Shown: one piece after another, positions 18,120-28,731 of the stretch
Numbering within the stretch: the stretch's first letter is position 1
How the letters are laid out: each line of letters begins with the position of its first letter
From: Treponema primitia
Lineage (GTDB): Bacteria > Spirochaetota > Spirochaetia > Treponematales > Breznakiellaceae
Assembly: GCF_046533075.1 (NCBI RefSeq)
Contig: NZ_JAJQRB010000001.1
Coordinates: 1-62,166 of the forward strand
Direction: 5' to 3'
Length of the DNA: 62,166 nucleotides
Position numbers and translations under genes: made by a program
Notes under the pieces: generated by a model
What the model was told of the DNA's origin: nothing
What the model saw: the letters and a program-made list of their open reading frames with translations, nothing else
Databases searched by the model: none

Positions 18120-18560
18120 CTATTCTTCAAATACTCTGGTAACCTGATCCCACTGATAGTAGGCGCCGTTTACCAATACCTCGGGTACGGCTCCCCGGGC
18201 AACCGCCCGTACCGTCCCCTGGACGACCCGGTCTCCCTCGACAATTTCCACCGAACGCCCCAGGGCGGAAGTGGCTTCACCGCCGGTAAGAAGACTCGCC
18301 AGCCGGGAAAAATCGCTGGCCATGCCGGTCATCTGTTCCAGGGTGGAAAACTGGGCCATCTGCCCGATGAATTCCTTGTCCTCCATAGGGGCGGTGGGAT
18401 CTTGATGGCTCAACTGGGTGATGAGAATTTTTAAGAAATCATCCTTACCCAGGCTCTGGTTGGGCATCCTGCCCTTCTGTATCGATTTGTTGAAGGTGTC
18501 CACTTCCATGCTAAGGACTGCCTTTTCCTGAGAGCTAAGAACCGCTTCAAGCGCTGCCAT
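18120..18560 (-). CDS. flgD: Flagellar hook assembly/capping protein FlgD
   Basis: FlgD N-terminal motif KDDFLKILITQLSHQDPTAPM. Confidence 0.85.
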   Translation of the reverse strand: MAALEAVLSSQEKAVLSMEVDTFNKSIQKGRMPNQSLGKDDFLKILITQLSHQDPTAPMEDKEFIGQMAQFSTLEQMTGMASDFSRLASLLTGGEATSALGRSVEIVEGDRVVQGTVRAVARGAVPEVLVNGAYYQWDQVTRVFEE

Positions 18561-18591
18561 TTTTTCTATCTCCTAACACTAACACGAGTGT

Positions 18592-20022
18592 TTACACCAA
18601 CACATTGACCCGGGACATGCCCGGGCCTTCAAAACCATTGAATCCGGCCTCCATGCTAAGGGGGTCCATGGTTTCCGCCATGGCGTCATAACTGGAAGAG
18701 ACAACATGGGAAGAGAAAAACGGGGTTGCCGCCTCTCTGTTCCATTGCCCCTGACCGCTATTTTGGCCGCCGTCTCCCGCAAGAGCCATATCAAGACTAG
18801 CCCCGGCAAAGCCGGAATCCCGAAAAGCCTGCTCCAGGGAGTGGATCTCCTTCTCAAAAGCCCGGAGGGCCTCATTGCTTTCAACAATGATATGCCCTGT
18901 GATCTTGTTTTCGGCCATTTCAAGGCGTATCTTTACCATTCCCAGGGACTCGGGTTTGAGGGAAAGTTTGATGGTCCCTTCCCCGCCGTCCTTGACCATG
19001 ATGGACGCCTGCCGGACTATGTCGCCGTTGAGGTTCTGGTGGAGTTCCCTGGCCAGAATATCCTCGAAGGCCCGGCCCGGGCTTTTCTCCTGGCCCAGTT
19101 CCATGTACTCCCGGCTTCTGCCGTTGTTTTTAAGCTCCACCGCGATATCAACAACCCGTTCCGCTCCGGCATTTGACCCGGGCTTTATTTCCTGCCCGGG
19201 GTTAAGCACGGCGCCGTTTCCCTCGGTCCTGAGATCCTGGACCTCCAGGGTAAACCGTTCCCGGTTTTTTTTGTTGTTCTTGGTTTCCGCTACGGTGGCT
19301 GGACCTTTTTCTTTTTTCTCAACCCCGCCGGGATTGCGCCCCTTCCCCTGGACCAGCTGCGAAAGTTCGGCGTTGGCCGCAGTTTCCGCTGCATTTTCAG
19401 GAAGTTCCCGGGCAATATTCCGGAGATCCTTCAGATCCCGGAACCGGTCATTCGCCCCGGCAAACTCAAGAGCGCTGTCCTGATCCGCCAAATCCGCCCC
19501 TTCCCCGGAATGTATTCCCGTAAGAAGCTGATCGTTTAATAAGCCCTGGCTTAGTTCTATCGCCGCCGGGAGGGAATCCTTGTCACCCTCCCCTTCGCCG
19601 CTTTCCTTGGCCAGTTTAGTTTTTTTAGCCGCCGCCTCTTTTAGCAGCTCCGCCGGAGAAGAGGCTTCACCCTCCCTCTGCATAGCAAATAAAAGACGCC
19701 GGTCCCTGTTTTGGATTTTTTCATTACCGGCGGAAAGGACATTTTTATCCTCAACAGAAAATTTCGCGCCCTTCCCGGCAGCATCCTTGGCTGCCTTGGC
19801 GATTTTTTCCGTTGAGACAAGTCTTTCCGTCTCAATTTTGCCGGCCTCTTCGCCGCCGGCTTTGGTTTTCCGTGTAAGTCCCGCAAGCAGTTTGGCAAAT
19901 ACACCCAGGGCGCCTTTTTTTGCCCCCTTAGAGTGCTTAACCTCTCCGGAATTCAGACTTTCTACGGAATGTGATTGGGGGGATACTGCTGCCAACACCG
20001 CCCGACCTCCTGTAGTTTTCAC
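18592..20022 (-). CDS. fliK: Flagellar hook-length control protein FliK-like
   Basis: 476-aa low-complexity, charged protein with a C-terminal FliK-like domain (…GTIKLSLKPESLGMVKIRLEMAENKITGHIIVESNEALRAFEKEI…). Located upstream of flgD. Confidence 0.7.
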   Translation of the reverse strand: MKTTGGRAVLAAVSPQSHSVESLNSGEVKHSKGAKKGALGVFAKLLAGLTRKTKAGGEEAGKIETERLVSTEKIAKAAKDAAGKGAKFSVEDKNVLSAGNEKIQNRDRRLLFAMQREGEASSPAELLKEAAAKKTKLAKESGEGEGDKDSLPAAIELSQGLLNDQLLTGIHSGEGADLADQDSALEFAGANDRFRDLKDLRNIARELPENAAETAANAELSQLVQGKGRNPGGVEKKEKGPATVAETKNNKKNRERFTLEVQDLRTEGNGAVLNPGQEIKPGSNAGAERVVDIAVELKNNGRSREYMELGQEKSPGRAFEDILARELHQNLNGDIVRQASIMVKDGGEGTIKLSLKPESLGMVKIRLEMAENKITGHIIVESNEALRAFEKEIHSLEQAFRDSGFAGASLDMALAGDGGQNSGQGQWNREAATPFFSSHVVSSSYDAMAETMDPLSMEAGFNGFEGPGMSRVNVLV

Positions 20023-20055
20023 ATCAAGGTGTGATTACTCCGGAAGCCGGTCTGT

Positions 20056-20673
20056 CTAGTCTCTGAGGGAGGGTCTCCCCGCCATCTTACGCTGCAGCTC
20101 CGCCGCCCGTTCTGGGGGCATGAGTGACAGCCAGTAGGATACGATAGAAGCGCTTCCTTCAGCCTGGGCAATCTCTTCGGTCTTCCGGAGTACGTCGATG
20201 GCATCCTGATCGTTCATGTTGGTTATTATGCCCACCGCTCGCTCCGGAGGCATACCATTCAAATAACGCGCATTCTGCTCAACGTTCCTGGATCTAATGT
20301 CGGCGTCTTCCACCATGGCATTGAAGGAATTCTCCCGTTCATCCAAAGCTTTTTGCCGTTCCTCCAGGTCCTGGGCCATTTGTTCTATTTGATCCTGCCG
20401 GGAAACCAGTTCCTCTTCCTTCTGTTCTATCTCCATATTACGCAATTCCAGGGCTTCCAGCCGTATGGCCAGCCGTTCCGCATCCAGGGAAAGGAACTCC
20501 TCCTCCCCGGTTTCCGTCTGGGAGCGGGGCTGCAGGCCGATAAGGCGGTACACCGGGGCCAAAATCGTCTTGGCGTCGATAACATTGAGGTAATCAAACC
20601 ATACCAAGCCGCCGCCTGCTAAAATGGCGATGAGCAGCAATAAAAGAAAAACCCTGCCTAAAACTCTCCCCAC
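20056..20673 (-). CDS. FlbB-like flagellar protein (TM anchor, coiled coil, MgtE_N-like C-terminus); GTG start
   Basis: 205 aa. First gene of the operon. Start is GTG at 20673, with an AGAGGAGTGAGG RBS-like tract upstream. Confidence 0.5.
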   Translation of the reverse strand: MGRVLGRVFLLLLLIAILAGGGLVWFDYLNVIDAKTILAPVYRLIGLQPRSQTETGEEEFLSLDAERLAIRLEALELRNMEIEQKEEELVSRQDQIEQMAQDLEERQKALDERENSFNAMVEDADIRSRNVEQNARYLNGMPPERAVGIITNMNDQDAIDVLRKTEEIAQAEGSASIVSYWLSLMPPERAAELQRKMAGRPSLRD

Positions 20674-20779
20674 TCCGGCCTCACTCCTCTCTATAGTATA
20701 CCCGTATTATAATAATCCTTTCAACACTTTCTCAGGATAAACCGGCAATTCTCAGTTACACCTCGAGAATTTTAAGAAA

Positions 20780-20830
20780 AACTCTGTGTTCTCTGTGTTC
20801 TTCCCTCCGTGTCCTCCGTGGTTAATTTTC
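20780..20830. repeat. Half-copy of the palindromic repeat family, R3 (CTCTGTGTTCTCTGTGTTCTTCCCTCCGTGTCCTCCGTGGTTAAT)
   Basis: Matches the right arm of R1 (9070-9117). Lies in the divergent promoter region between the flagellar operon and the epimerase gene. Confidence 0.65.
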
Positions 20831-20923
20831 TATGCGTTTATCCTGACACTTCCCGGGATTACATGGACTTTTTTCACTATTATCCCTATACTTCCTATCG
20901 GTAATTAACGAAAGGAGAACAGT

Positions 20924-21958
20924 ATGAAAGTATTATTTATCGGTGGGACCGGGACCATCAGTACCGCCATTTCGCGGCAGCTTTGCGACATGATGTCGCA
21001 CGAACAGGGGCATGAACTGTATCTGCTTAACCGGGGAACCCGCAACGATGTGCTCCCCAAGGCGGTGCAGGAGATACGCGGGGATATCAACAACGAGGCG
21101 GATATCGCTGAAAAAATTAAGGGGCATCAATTTGACGTGGTGGCGGATTTTATCGCCTTTACCGCCGCCCATGCGGAGCGGGATTACCGGCTCTTTAAAG
21201 ATAAAACCAGACAATACTTGTGTTTCAGTTCCGCATCGGCTTACCAGAAGCCGCTGCAAAACTACCTGATCACCGAAAGTACCCCCCTGGCAAATCCCTA
21301 CTGGCAGTATTCCCGGGATAAAATTGCGCTGGAAGATTTTCTTATCAAAAAAAACCGGGAAGAAGCCTACCCTATCACCATAGTTCGCCCCAGCCACACC
21401 TACGATGAACGGAAGATACCCCTGGGGGTCCACGGCAAAAAAGGCAGCTGGCAGGTAGCCAAACGCATCCTGGAGGGTAAGCCGGTTATCATCCACGGTG
21501 ATGGGACCAGTCTCTGGACCATGACCCACAACAGCGACTTTGCCCGGGGCTTCATCGGGCTTATGGGTAACGCCCACGCCATTGGGGAGGCCGTGGGGAT
21601 TACCTCCGACGAGACGGTGACCTGGAACCAGGTGTACGCTGCCATCGCCGCGGCCCTGGACCGGCCGCTCAAGGCGGTTCACGTGTCCAGCGAATTCCTC
21701 GCCGCAGTGAGCGATTATGATTTTACCGGGGGGCTCATCGGGGATAAGGCAAACTCCGTGGTCTTCGACAATACCAAGCTTAAACGGCTGGTTCCCGGCT
21801 TTAGCGCCACGGTCCGTTTCGATCAGGGTATACGGAAGACCGTCGAATATGTGCTGGCCCATAAGGAATTGCAGGAAGAGGACCCGGAATTCGATGCATG
21901 GTGCGATAGGGTTATTGCGGCCCAGGATAAGGCAGCAGCGGAAGTGTTGAAAAAATAA
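20924..21958 (+). CDS. NAD-dependent epimerase/dehydratase family protein
   Basis: N-terminal Rossmann GxxGxxG (MKVLFIGGTGTISTAI). AAGGAG RBS 8 nt upstream. Confidence 0.8.
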   Translation: MKVLFIGGTGTISTAISRQLCDMMSHEQGHELYLLNRGTRNDVLPKAVQEIRGDINNEADIAEKIKGHQFDVVADFIAFTAAHAERDYRLFKDKTRQYLCFSSASAYQKPLQNYLITESTPLANPYWQYSRDKIALEDFLIKKNREEAYPITIVRPSHTYDERKIPLGVHGKKGSWQVAKRILEGKPVIIHGDGTSLWTMTHNSDFARGFIGLMGNAHAIGEAVGITSDETVTWNQVYAAIAAALDRPLKAVHVSSEFLAAVSDYDFTGGLIGDKANSVVFDNTKLKRLVPGFSATVRFDQGIRKTVEYVLAHKELQEEDPEFDAWCDRVIAAQDKAAAEVLKK

Positions 21959-21973
21959 TCGTAAAATATTTCT

Positions 21974-23086
21974 TTAAAACCGCAGCCGTACCAGGGCTGT
22001 AACCAGCAGCCGCGTTCCTGTTCTTTCCGGTCCCAGCTCACCGGGGCTGCTATCGGCAAGTACGGCCTTGTCTAAAGGAACCTGGGCGGAGATGGAGAGG
22101 CTCATGCCCTGGAAGATTTCGTAGTCCATGCTCAGGGTGGGCGAGAAGGAAAGGTCGTCCAGGGCGGCGGCGCAGGCGAGGCTGGCTGAGGTATAGTCGT
22201 TGAAGCGGTAACGAAAGAGGGCGTAGAGATAGTTTTGCTGTTGGAGGGCGAAGATACCCGAGGCGGTGGAAGAATCGCTGCCGTTGTAAAGGTATTCCGT
22301 AAGAACATAGCAGTCTCCGTCAAGGAACGAGTAGTCGAAGCCCGCGCCGGCGGACAGGCCGTCGATACCGGCAGCGGCATTGGGGTTCCAGGCGTAGAGG
22401 GCGTCCGCCACAAGACCTACGATTAAATCCGCCTTAACCGAAAGGCCCCAGCGGTGGATACCGGAGGAGCTCAGTACGGGCGTTTCGTAGGCGTAGAGGG
22501 CCTGGAGACTGGCGCGGCCCCAGTGATTTTCGGCGGAAAGGCCGGCAATAAGGCCGCCGCCATCCTGCTCAAAGGGGTTTCTTGGGGAGGCGGTGAAGAC
22601 CAGAAGCTTGGCTGAATCTGCAGGGTAGAGAGAACAGGCGGCGCCCAGGATGGCCCGCGGACGAGCGGTAGTTGAAAGGGGGCTGCGGGGGTTGAGGAAA
22701 TCCGAGGAGCCCCAGGCCTGGCCGTAGCCAAAGGGGAGCCGCATAAGACCGGCGTCAAGGCCCACGGATTCACCGTTCAGGCGGAAGTAGAGCCGTTCCA
22801 GTTCAATATAGGCGGCGTAGTTTTCTCCGGCGTCCATGCTGCCCTGGGAGGAGGCGCCTGAAGCGGCAATGAGGTTAAGGGCGCCGTAAAAGGCTCCCCT
22901 GTCCTTTACCTTTGCCTGCATTCTGATATTGGCGTATTCCTCAAAGCCGTATAGAAAGTCCGATGCGTTCCCCGCCCCCGCTCCAAGGGTAAGCTTGGAA
23001 TCCAGGATGCCGGAAAAGGTCTGCGCCCCGGCGGACAGAGGAAAAATTAACAGTAATACTGCGATAAAACGGATTGGTTTCATCAT
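21974..23086 (-). CDS. Putative outer-membrane beta-barrel protein (signal peptide, C-terminal Phe)
   Basis: 370 aa with a signal peptide (MMKPIRFIAVLLLIFPLSAGAQ). Alternating amphipathic strands and a terminal ...LVRLRF. Confidence 0.5.
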   Translation of the reverse strand: MMKPIRFIAVLLLIFPLSAGAQTFSGILDSKLTLGAGAGNASDFLYGFEEYANIRMQAKVKDRGAFYGALNLIAASGASSQGSMDAGENYAAYIELERLYFRLNGESVGLDAGLMRLPFGYGQAWGSSDFLNPRSPLSTTARPRAILGAACSLYPADSAKLLVFTASPRNPFEQDGGGLIAGLSAENHWGRASLQALYAYETPVLSSSGIHRWGLSVKADLIVGLVADALYAWNPNAAAGIDGLSAGAGFDYSFLDGDCYVLTEYLYNGSDSSTASGIFALQQQNYLYALFRYRFNDYTSASLACAAALDDLSFSPTLSMDYEIFQGMSLSISAQVPLDKAVLADSSPGELGPERTGTRLLVTALVRLRF

Positions 23087-23093
23087 TCATTCC

Positions 23094-23834
23094 TTACCGT
23101 TCCAGGTTCCGGGTGCTGAATACCGAATCCGGGATGGGACGATCCAGCACGACACTGCGGAGTATAAAGGTAGTTTTGCTTCCCCGGCGGAGCAGATCCC
23201 GCATCTCCGACTCCACGGGGAAACGGCGGCCGCCAAAATTTTCCGCACGGAGCAGGGTATACTCCTTGAGTTTTGAACCGGAAAGGGCGAAAAGCTCATA
23301 ATGGAGCAGATCGTTGTTTTCCTTGTCTATCCAAAGTTTTTGTTTGGGGTAACTTTCGGTGCGGCGTTTAGCGCTCAGCTCCAGGACCCAGGCGCCCCGG
23401 TTGTTCCACGTTTCAGAACCCGCGAGTACCGGATTGTAGCGGGAGGAGAGGCTTTCATTATCAATGGTATCCTCGTAGGAAAGATCCGAACCCATCATTG
23501 ATTCCTTGAGCATGTGTCCGGAAATAAGCATCACCTCCTCGTTGTCCGGGGAATAGACATAGAGCCTTAACCCCTTCTTGAGGTACTTAGTCCCCCTGTC
23601 CTCCGGGTTCTGAAATTCCACAAAGCTGTCCGAATTGCCCCGGGCATAGGCCTTCATGGTCTTAACATACTGCCTATTCTGATAGTCAATGATCATCTCA
23701 CCTTCATATTCAATGGTACTATAGACTTCGTTATCGTCCACCCGGCGCAGCAGTTCCGCCGCACTCGGCGCCGCCTGGGCAAATACCGAAAGGGAGCCGA
23801 AAAATAAAATAACCTGAAATAGTACTTTTCTCAT
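23094..23834 (-). CDS. LolA-like outer-membrane lipoprotein-sorting/carrier family protein
   Basis: 246-aa secreted protein. Genomic context with FtsX-type permeases and an ABC ATPase. Confidence 0.5.
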   Translation of the reverse strand: MRKVLFQVILFFGSLSVFAQAAPSAAELLRRVDDNEVYSTIEYEGEMIIDYQNRQYVKTMKAYARGNSDSFVEFQNPEDRGTKYLKKGLRLYVYSPDNEEVMLISGHMLKESMMGSDLSYEDTIDNESLSSRYNPVLAGSETWNNRGAWVLELSAKRRTESYPKQKLWIDKENNDLLHYELFALSGSKLKEYTLLRAENFGGRRFPVESEMRDLLRRGSKTTFILRSVVLDRPIPDSVFSTRNLER

Positions 23835-23875
23835 AACAAACCTCCAATTTGCATCCGCAATTTTATAACCCCATC

Positions 23876-25150
23876 CTAGCTCCGCAGGGCTTCCACGGGT
23901 TCCACAAAGGCGCTCCGTAAGGATGGTATCAGCGTACAGATGGAAGTAATTACCACGCCGAACAGGAACCCTTGCAGCAAAATTAATGGGGAGAATTCCA
24001 GGAATATGGTACCCGACATGGGGAAGTCCTTCATGCTTCCGCCGGTCATGGTACTGAAATCAAAGGGGAAGAATGAGCCGATCAGGGTGGTGATCCCTCC
24101 GATCAATACCCCCGCCAGGGAACCGGCTATGCTGAGGAATATGGCCTCGAAGAAAAACACCGTAACTATTTCAGCGCGGGTCATCCCAAGGGAACCCATC
24201 ATACCTATTTCCTTGATCCGTTCGTGGATGATCATCACCACCGTATTAACGATAAGAAAGCTCGCCACAATAAGGAATACCAGGTAGATGATTATGTAGA
24301 TCCCCATGCTCTGCTGCATCATTGCCACAAAGTAATTATCACGCCAGTCCCGTACCACATTCCGATCCCCAATTAAATTCTTAAGCGCCGCAGCAATTGT
24401 ATCGCTCTGGTTTTCCCGTTCTCCATAGATGAAAAGCTGCTGTGTGCCATCCCCCAGGACCAGGAGCTGCTGGAGCCGCTCAAAGGAAACGATGATCACC
24501 CCCTCGTCATACTTTCGGTAATCAAATTCAAATATGCCGGTAATCTCGGGACTCCATATCTTGTCGGAAAATTGGGCGGAGACCGTTTTGAGGGGAATAC
24601 GGTCCCCAATCCTGAGCCCCGCCTTTCGGGCCAGAGCGGTTCCTATGGCACAGCCTTTGCTTCCCGGTTCGGGATACCGGCCTTCCACAAGGCCGTTGGT
24701 CCGGTCTGAAAGGTTAAAATAGTTTATCTGCGCTTCCTTTTCCATTTCAATTCCCCAGAGCAGGGCGTGTTTCACCGTACTGTTCTGCAGGGTCGCATAG
24801 GCGCTGATCCGGGGAAATGCGGCTTTTACACCGGGGATGGCCTTTGCAGCCTCCGCCAATTCTGCGGCGCTTTTACCGTCCTCCACCGGGTACTGTACCG
24901 GGTAGTATTCCTGTTCCGCCTCATACTGGGCCGACACCACGCTGACATGGCCGGTTTCAAAAACCTGAACCACTTCGTTGATGCTCCGTATCATGCCGTC
25001 CCCCATGGCCTGCATGACGATGGTAAAAAACACCGCCAGACCCACTGCGGTAATGCAGAGCGCGGTCCGCCTGATATTCCGCCATATGTTCCGGTATGCA
25101 ATGATCAGGAGGGTTCCGGTCCCTCCTCTTCCGTATTCTGTCGTATTCAT
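23876..25150 (-). CDS. ABC transporter permease, FtsX/MacB family
   Basis: 424 aa with an N-terminal TM helix, a large periplasmic domain and a C-terminal 3-TM FtsX domain. Confidence 0.8.
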   Translation of the reverse strand: MNTTEYGRGGTGTLLIIAYRNIWRNIRRTALCITAVGLAVFFTIVMQAMGDGMIRSINEVVQVFETGHVSVVSAQYEAEQEYYPVQYPVEDGKSAAELAEAAKAIPGVKAAFPRISAYATLQNSTVKHALLWGIEMEKEAQINYFNLSDRTNGLVEGRYPEPGSKGCAIGTALARKAGLRIGDRIPLKTVSAQFSDKIWSPEITGIFEFDYRKYDEGVIIVSFERLQQLLVLGDGTQQLFIYGERENQSDTIAAALKNLIGDRNVVRDWRDNYFVAMMQQSMGIYIIIYLVFLIVASFLIVNTVVMIIHERIKEIGMMGSLGMTRAEIVTVFFFEAIFLSIAGSLAGVLIGGITTLIGSFFPFDFSTMTGGSMKDFPMSGTIFLEFSPLILLQGFLFGVVITSICTLIPSLRSAFVEPVEALRS

Positions 25151-25159
25151 GTTTTTCTC

Positions 25160-26890
25160 CTATTCAAACCGCAGACTTTCTGTTACCGGCATTTTCAGAG
25201 CCCGTTTGACCGGCAGAAAAGCCATAAGAGAAGAAAGGATTGTGGCGACAACACCGGACAGAAAAATTACCGGTACATTCCAGGCGGATTTAAAACTCGC
25301 GGCGATACGGTATCCAAAATCCCCTCCCATTTGATCGCTCACGGCGGAATAATCGATCCCGTATTTTATCATGGGTATATTGATAAGGCAGCCCAGGATT
25401 ATCCCGAAAACGGAACCTAAAAGCCCTACCATACCCGCTTCCATCATGTAGGTTCCAATGAGTTGTCCATCGGTCATGCCCATGGCCCGCATCATCCCTA
25501 TTTCCCGGGTCCGTTCCAGGATCGCCAAAAGCATGGTATTGGCTATCCCCAGGAAGGAAAGGATGAAAAGGAGAATTACTATTATCCGGGATGAAATATC
25601 ATCTCCCTTGGAAACGGCGATATAATCGGCGGCGTAATCCAGCCAGCCGAATACTCCAAGTTCCGGGGAAAGTCCGGAGGGAATAGCCGCGGACAGAAAG
25701 GCGGTAATTGTTTCGGATGATTCACTCTTAAGCGGCAGCCGGGAATCGTCGGCGTTTTTTTCCCGGATAAGAAGTTCCGTAACCCGGCCTTCCAGCATAA
25801 GACCCGATTCATCCTGTAACACATCCATGGGCAGGTATCCCACATTATTATTGTTTTTCGGGTTCGGAGAATTTATCATCCCCACAAGCACCGCGTCGAC
25901 AAGCTGGTTCACATGACGTACGGCTCCGGTATAGTCGATCCTGATCAGGGAGACGAGAATTGGGTCCAACAGGGCCGGATCATCCGAGCTTAGGTAATAG
26001 ACGCCGGTAAGGGGATCAAGCTCGTAGGCCGAAAGCAGGACGCGCCGTTCTCCATCGTTCAGAAGGGGGGCAATATCATTGTCGTACCTATCCTGACGTA
26101 TCGAATCCGGCGCAGCTTTTATGTCCAGCACGGTGGATATACGCAGATCCATCCTTCCCGTTGCGGCCAGTATGTTCCAGCATCTTTCAAGATCCTCCGG
26201 GGGAAGGTCCTTTTTTATAACCAGTCTGACATCCCCGGCGGCAATTTTATCCCCAAGGTCGTACATCCCATGTTTTTTTTGAACCAACTCCTCATACAAG
26301 CCGGTGATAAAGGCACGGTCCGCCTCATCGGACACCGGGGCAAGGTATTCGTTCTCCAGTTCCGACCGGGTAGGCCGCTGGGGAACACCAGCCTTTATTT
26401 TCTGGGCCGTCATGGACCCCAGGGCAATCTCAAAGGCGCCGGGTTTTATATACCTGCCCGCATCCGTATATGTTGTATACCGCAGCAAGTTTGCTTCCGC
26501 AGCGGGATCGCAGGCGATAAACTGCATGGGGGCGGAACCGAACTCCGAATAGAGGGTGCCGGTAAAAACAAACCGGGGGGCGCTGTCATAACCCGCCTTG
26601 TCCAATGCCGCAGCGTACTGTTCCCAATTACTAAAACTTTCGTACATGGGCAGCTCATCCTTCTTATCAAAATAGGCTTTTGTCTGGAGTTTAGCGGCGC
26701 CGCTCTCGTAGTTAACGATATTACGCCGGGAATCCAGGTTCATCCCGAGGATCCAGCCGTCTATGAAGATATAGAGACCCACGCTTACGGTTACCGCCAG
26801 AACCGTGATGATGGTCTTAACCTTATGCCGGAAGAGATTCCTCCATGCTATACGTTTTATTTCTACTGCGGTAGAAAAAATACCACTCAT
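25160..26890 (-). CDS. ABC transporter permease, FtsX/MacB family (large periplasmic domain)
   Basis: 576 aa with the same architecture as the neighbouring permease. Overlaps the ATPase gene. Confidence 0.75.
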   Translation of the reverse strand: MSGIFSTAVEIKRIAWRNLFRHKVKTIITVLAVTVSVGLYIFIDGWILGMNLDSRRNIVNYESGAAKLQTKAYFDKKDELPMYESFSNWEQYAAALDKAGYDSAPRFVFTGTLYSEFGSAPMQFIACDPAAEANLLRYTTYTDAGRYIKPGAFEIALGSMTAQKIKAGVPQRPTRSELENEYLAPVSDEADRAFITGLYEELVQKKHGMYDLGDKIAAGDVRLVIKKDLPPEDLERCWNILAATGRMDLRISTVLDIKAAPDSIRQDRYDNDIAPLLNDGERRVLLSAYELDPLTGVYYLSSDDPALLDPILVSLIRIDYTGAVRHVNQLVDAVLVGMINSPNPKNNNNVGYLPMDVLQDESGLMLEGRVTELLIREKNADDSRLPLKSESSETITAFLSAAIPSGLSPELGVFGWLDYAADYIAVSKGDDISSRIIVILLFILSFLGIANTMLLAILERTREIGMMRAMGMTDGQLIGTYMMEAGMVGLLGSVFGIILGCLINIPMIKYGIDYSAVSDQMGGDFGYRIAASFKSAWNVPVIFLSGVVATILSSLMAFLPVKRALKMPVTESLRFE

Positions 26891-27573
26891 GATTTTACCT
26901 GCTCTTTTTCTATCTGCCCGTCCCGTATCAAAATTACCCGGCGCGCAAAATCCATAACCATATTGTCATGGGTTGAAAAGATAAAGGTGGTTCCTTCAAT
27001 TTGATTAAGGCGGAGCATAATTTCCAGAATCTCCCGCCCGGTCTTTGAGTCCAGGTTCGCCGTGGGCTCATCCGCTAGGATGATGCTGGGACGCTTCACC
27101 AGGGCTCGGGCTATTGCCACCCGCTGCTGCTGCCCCCCGGACATCTCCTTGGGTTTACGGTTCCCCATGCCCTCAAGACCGACCTCCAGAAGCACCTTTT
27201 CTGTTCTTTCTTTGATTTCCTTTTTATCAATCCCCAGCAGGGTGAGGGGGAAGGAAATATTCTCCGTCACCGAAAGAACCGGTATAAGGTTATAGGCCTG
27301 AAAGATAAAACCAATACTGCTGCGCCTGAGCAGGGCGAGCTGTTTTCTTGAGAGAGCCGCCATGTCCTGCCCTCCTATATACATGGCGCCCCCCGTAAGG
27401 GTGTCCAGACATCCGGCCAGGTGGAGGAAGGTTGATTTTCCGCTCCCCGACGGACCTGCGACGGCGGCAAATTCCCCGCCCTGAAATTCCAGGCTTACCC
27501 CCCGCAGGGCGTGTACTTCAATCCCGTTCAGGGAATAATCCTTCACCACGTTTTCCGCTTTTATTACCGTCAT
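26887..27573 (-). CDS. ABC transporter ATP-binding protein (LolD/MacB-type)
   Basis: Walker [10 protein letters not shown], signature [15 protein letters not shown] and Walker B ILADEPT. Confidence 0.92.
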   Translation of the reverse strand: MTVIKAENVVKDYSLNGIEVHALRGVSLEFQGGEFAAVAGPSGSGKSTFLHLAGCLDTLTGGAMYIGGQDMAALSRKQLALLRRSSIGFIFQAYNLIPVLSVTENISFPLTLLGIDKKEIKERTEKVLLEVGLEGMGNRKPKEMSGGQQQRVAIARALVKRPSIILADEPTANLDSKTGREILEIMLRLNQIEGTTFIFSTHDNMVMDFARRVILIRDGQIEKEQVKS

Positions 27574-27648
27574 TAGGTATCTCCTTTAAAATAAATGTTA
27601 TATTTATATAACATTATAGGCCATCCTTTCACTGAAGTCCAGTGAAAT

Positions 27649-28731
27649 CTATTTTTTTAGATCCCGCTGCAGCTCCGATAGGGCCTGTAATCCAAATACA
27701 TCCTTGGTTTTAAGTTCCTCGGCAATTGAGTTGGGAACCAGCATCATGGAGTTCCCCGCCTTAAGACCTTCGTTCAATATGGAAAGAATTTTAAGCTTCA
27801 TCGCCGGTTCATTTTTAGCGTAGACTTGAACCGCTTCCTCCAGCTTTTTGGCAATCTCAATTTCCGCCTCCGCCAGGAGAACCCGGCTTTTCTTCTCCCG
27901 TTCCGCCTGAGCCACCCGGGAGAGAGAGTCCTGGAGGGCGGCGGGGATCTGCACATCCGTAATTTCAATATGCTGAACCGTGATACCCCAATCGGTGGTC
28001 TTCTTGTCCACCTCACCCTGAATCTGCCGGGCGATAATCTCCCCGTGCTGTAAAAAGGTACTAAGGTCATGGCCGGAAATAGCGTTTCTGAGCGCGGTTT
28101 TGGAGGACAGAATTACTGCGTCAAGGTAATTTTCCAGTTCCAGGACAGCCTTTTCCGGGTCCCAGACCAGCCAGAAACAAAGGGCGTCCACCGTAACGGT
28201 CACCGAATCCATGGTGAGGGTCGCCTGGGCGGAAAAATCCGTAACCCGTATCCGCAGATCCACTACCTGGGCCACCCGGTCCGCCAGGGGAACCAGCACA
28301 AAGAGCCCCGGCCCCCGGACCCGGTGAAACCTTCCGAAGCGCAGCACGATGGCCCGTTCCCACTCTTCAAGCTTCTGAACCGCCGGGACGATAAGAACCG
28401 CCAGGGCGGCAAATATAACAGGCATCGCAAGCCCAGGCCGGCCTGCGATGGCGGCGGAACAGGAAAGCAGCAGGGCGATCTTTATCCCGGCGCTCCACCG
28501 GGGCCAGAGTATCATCAGGAAGATTGCGGTCAGGGGAACACCGGCCAAAATGCCCAGTTCAAAAGGCGCGGGCAGTTCACTCCGAAGGACGAGAACGGCG
28601 ATCACAAAAACAATCAGGATCACTAAAAGGCTTATCCCCACGCCATTGAAGAAAAAATCCCGCCGCTTTTCCGGCCGGGGCATGTTTTTTATCAGGAGTT
28701 TCTTTTCCTTTTTTTCAGCCTTCATCAACAT
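27649..28731 (-). CDS. SPFH/band-7 (stomatin/prohibitin-like) domain membrane protein
   Basis: Multi-TM N-terminal region followed by an SPFH domain and a coiled-coil tail. Confidence 0.75.
   Translation of the reverse strand: MLMKAEKKEKKLLIKNMPRPEKRRDFFFNGVGISLLVILIVFVIAVLVLRSELPAPFELGILAGVPLTAIFLMILWPRWSAGIKIALLLSCSAAIAGRPGLAMPVIFAALAVLIVPAVQKLEEWERAIVLRFGRFHRVRGPGLFVLVPLADRVAQVVDLRIRVTDFSAQATLTMDSVTVTVDALCFWLVWDPEKAVLELENYLDAVILSSKTALRNAISGHDLSTFLQHGEIIARQIQGEVDKKTTDWGITVQHIEITDVQIPAALQDSLSRVAQAEREKKSRVLLAEAEIEIAKKLEEAVQVYAKNEPAMKLKILSILNEGLKAGNSMMLVPNSIAEELKTKDVFGLQALSELQRDLKK

Noticed and set aside
20674-20923. Sigma-28 (TAAA-N15-GCCGATAA) promoter upstream of the flagellar operon
   Set aside because: Only a partial CCGATA match with incorrect spacing was found. 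A TTGAAA/TATAAT pair on the minus strand (20725-20707) has just 7-nt spacing. No promoter can be called confidently from sequence alone.
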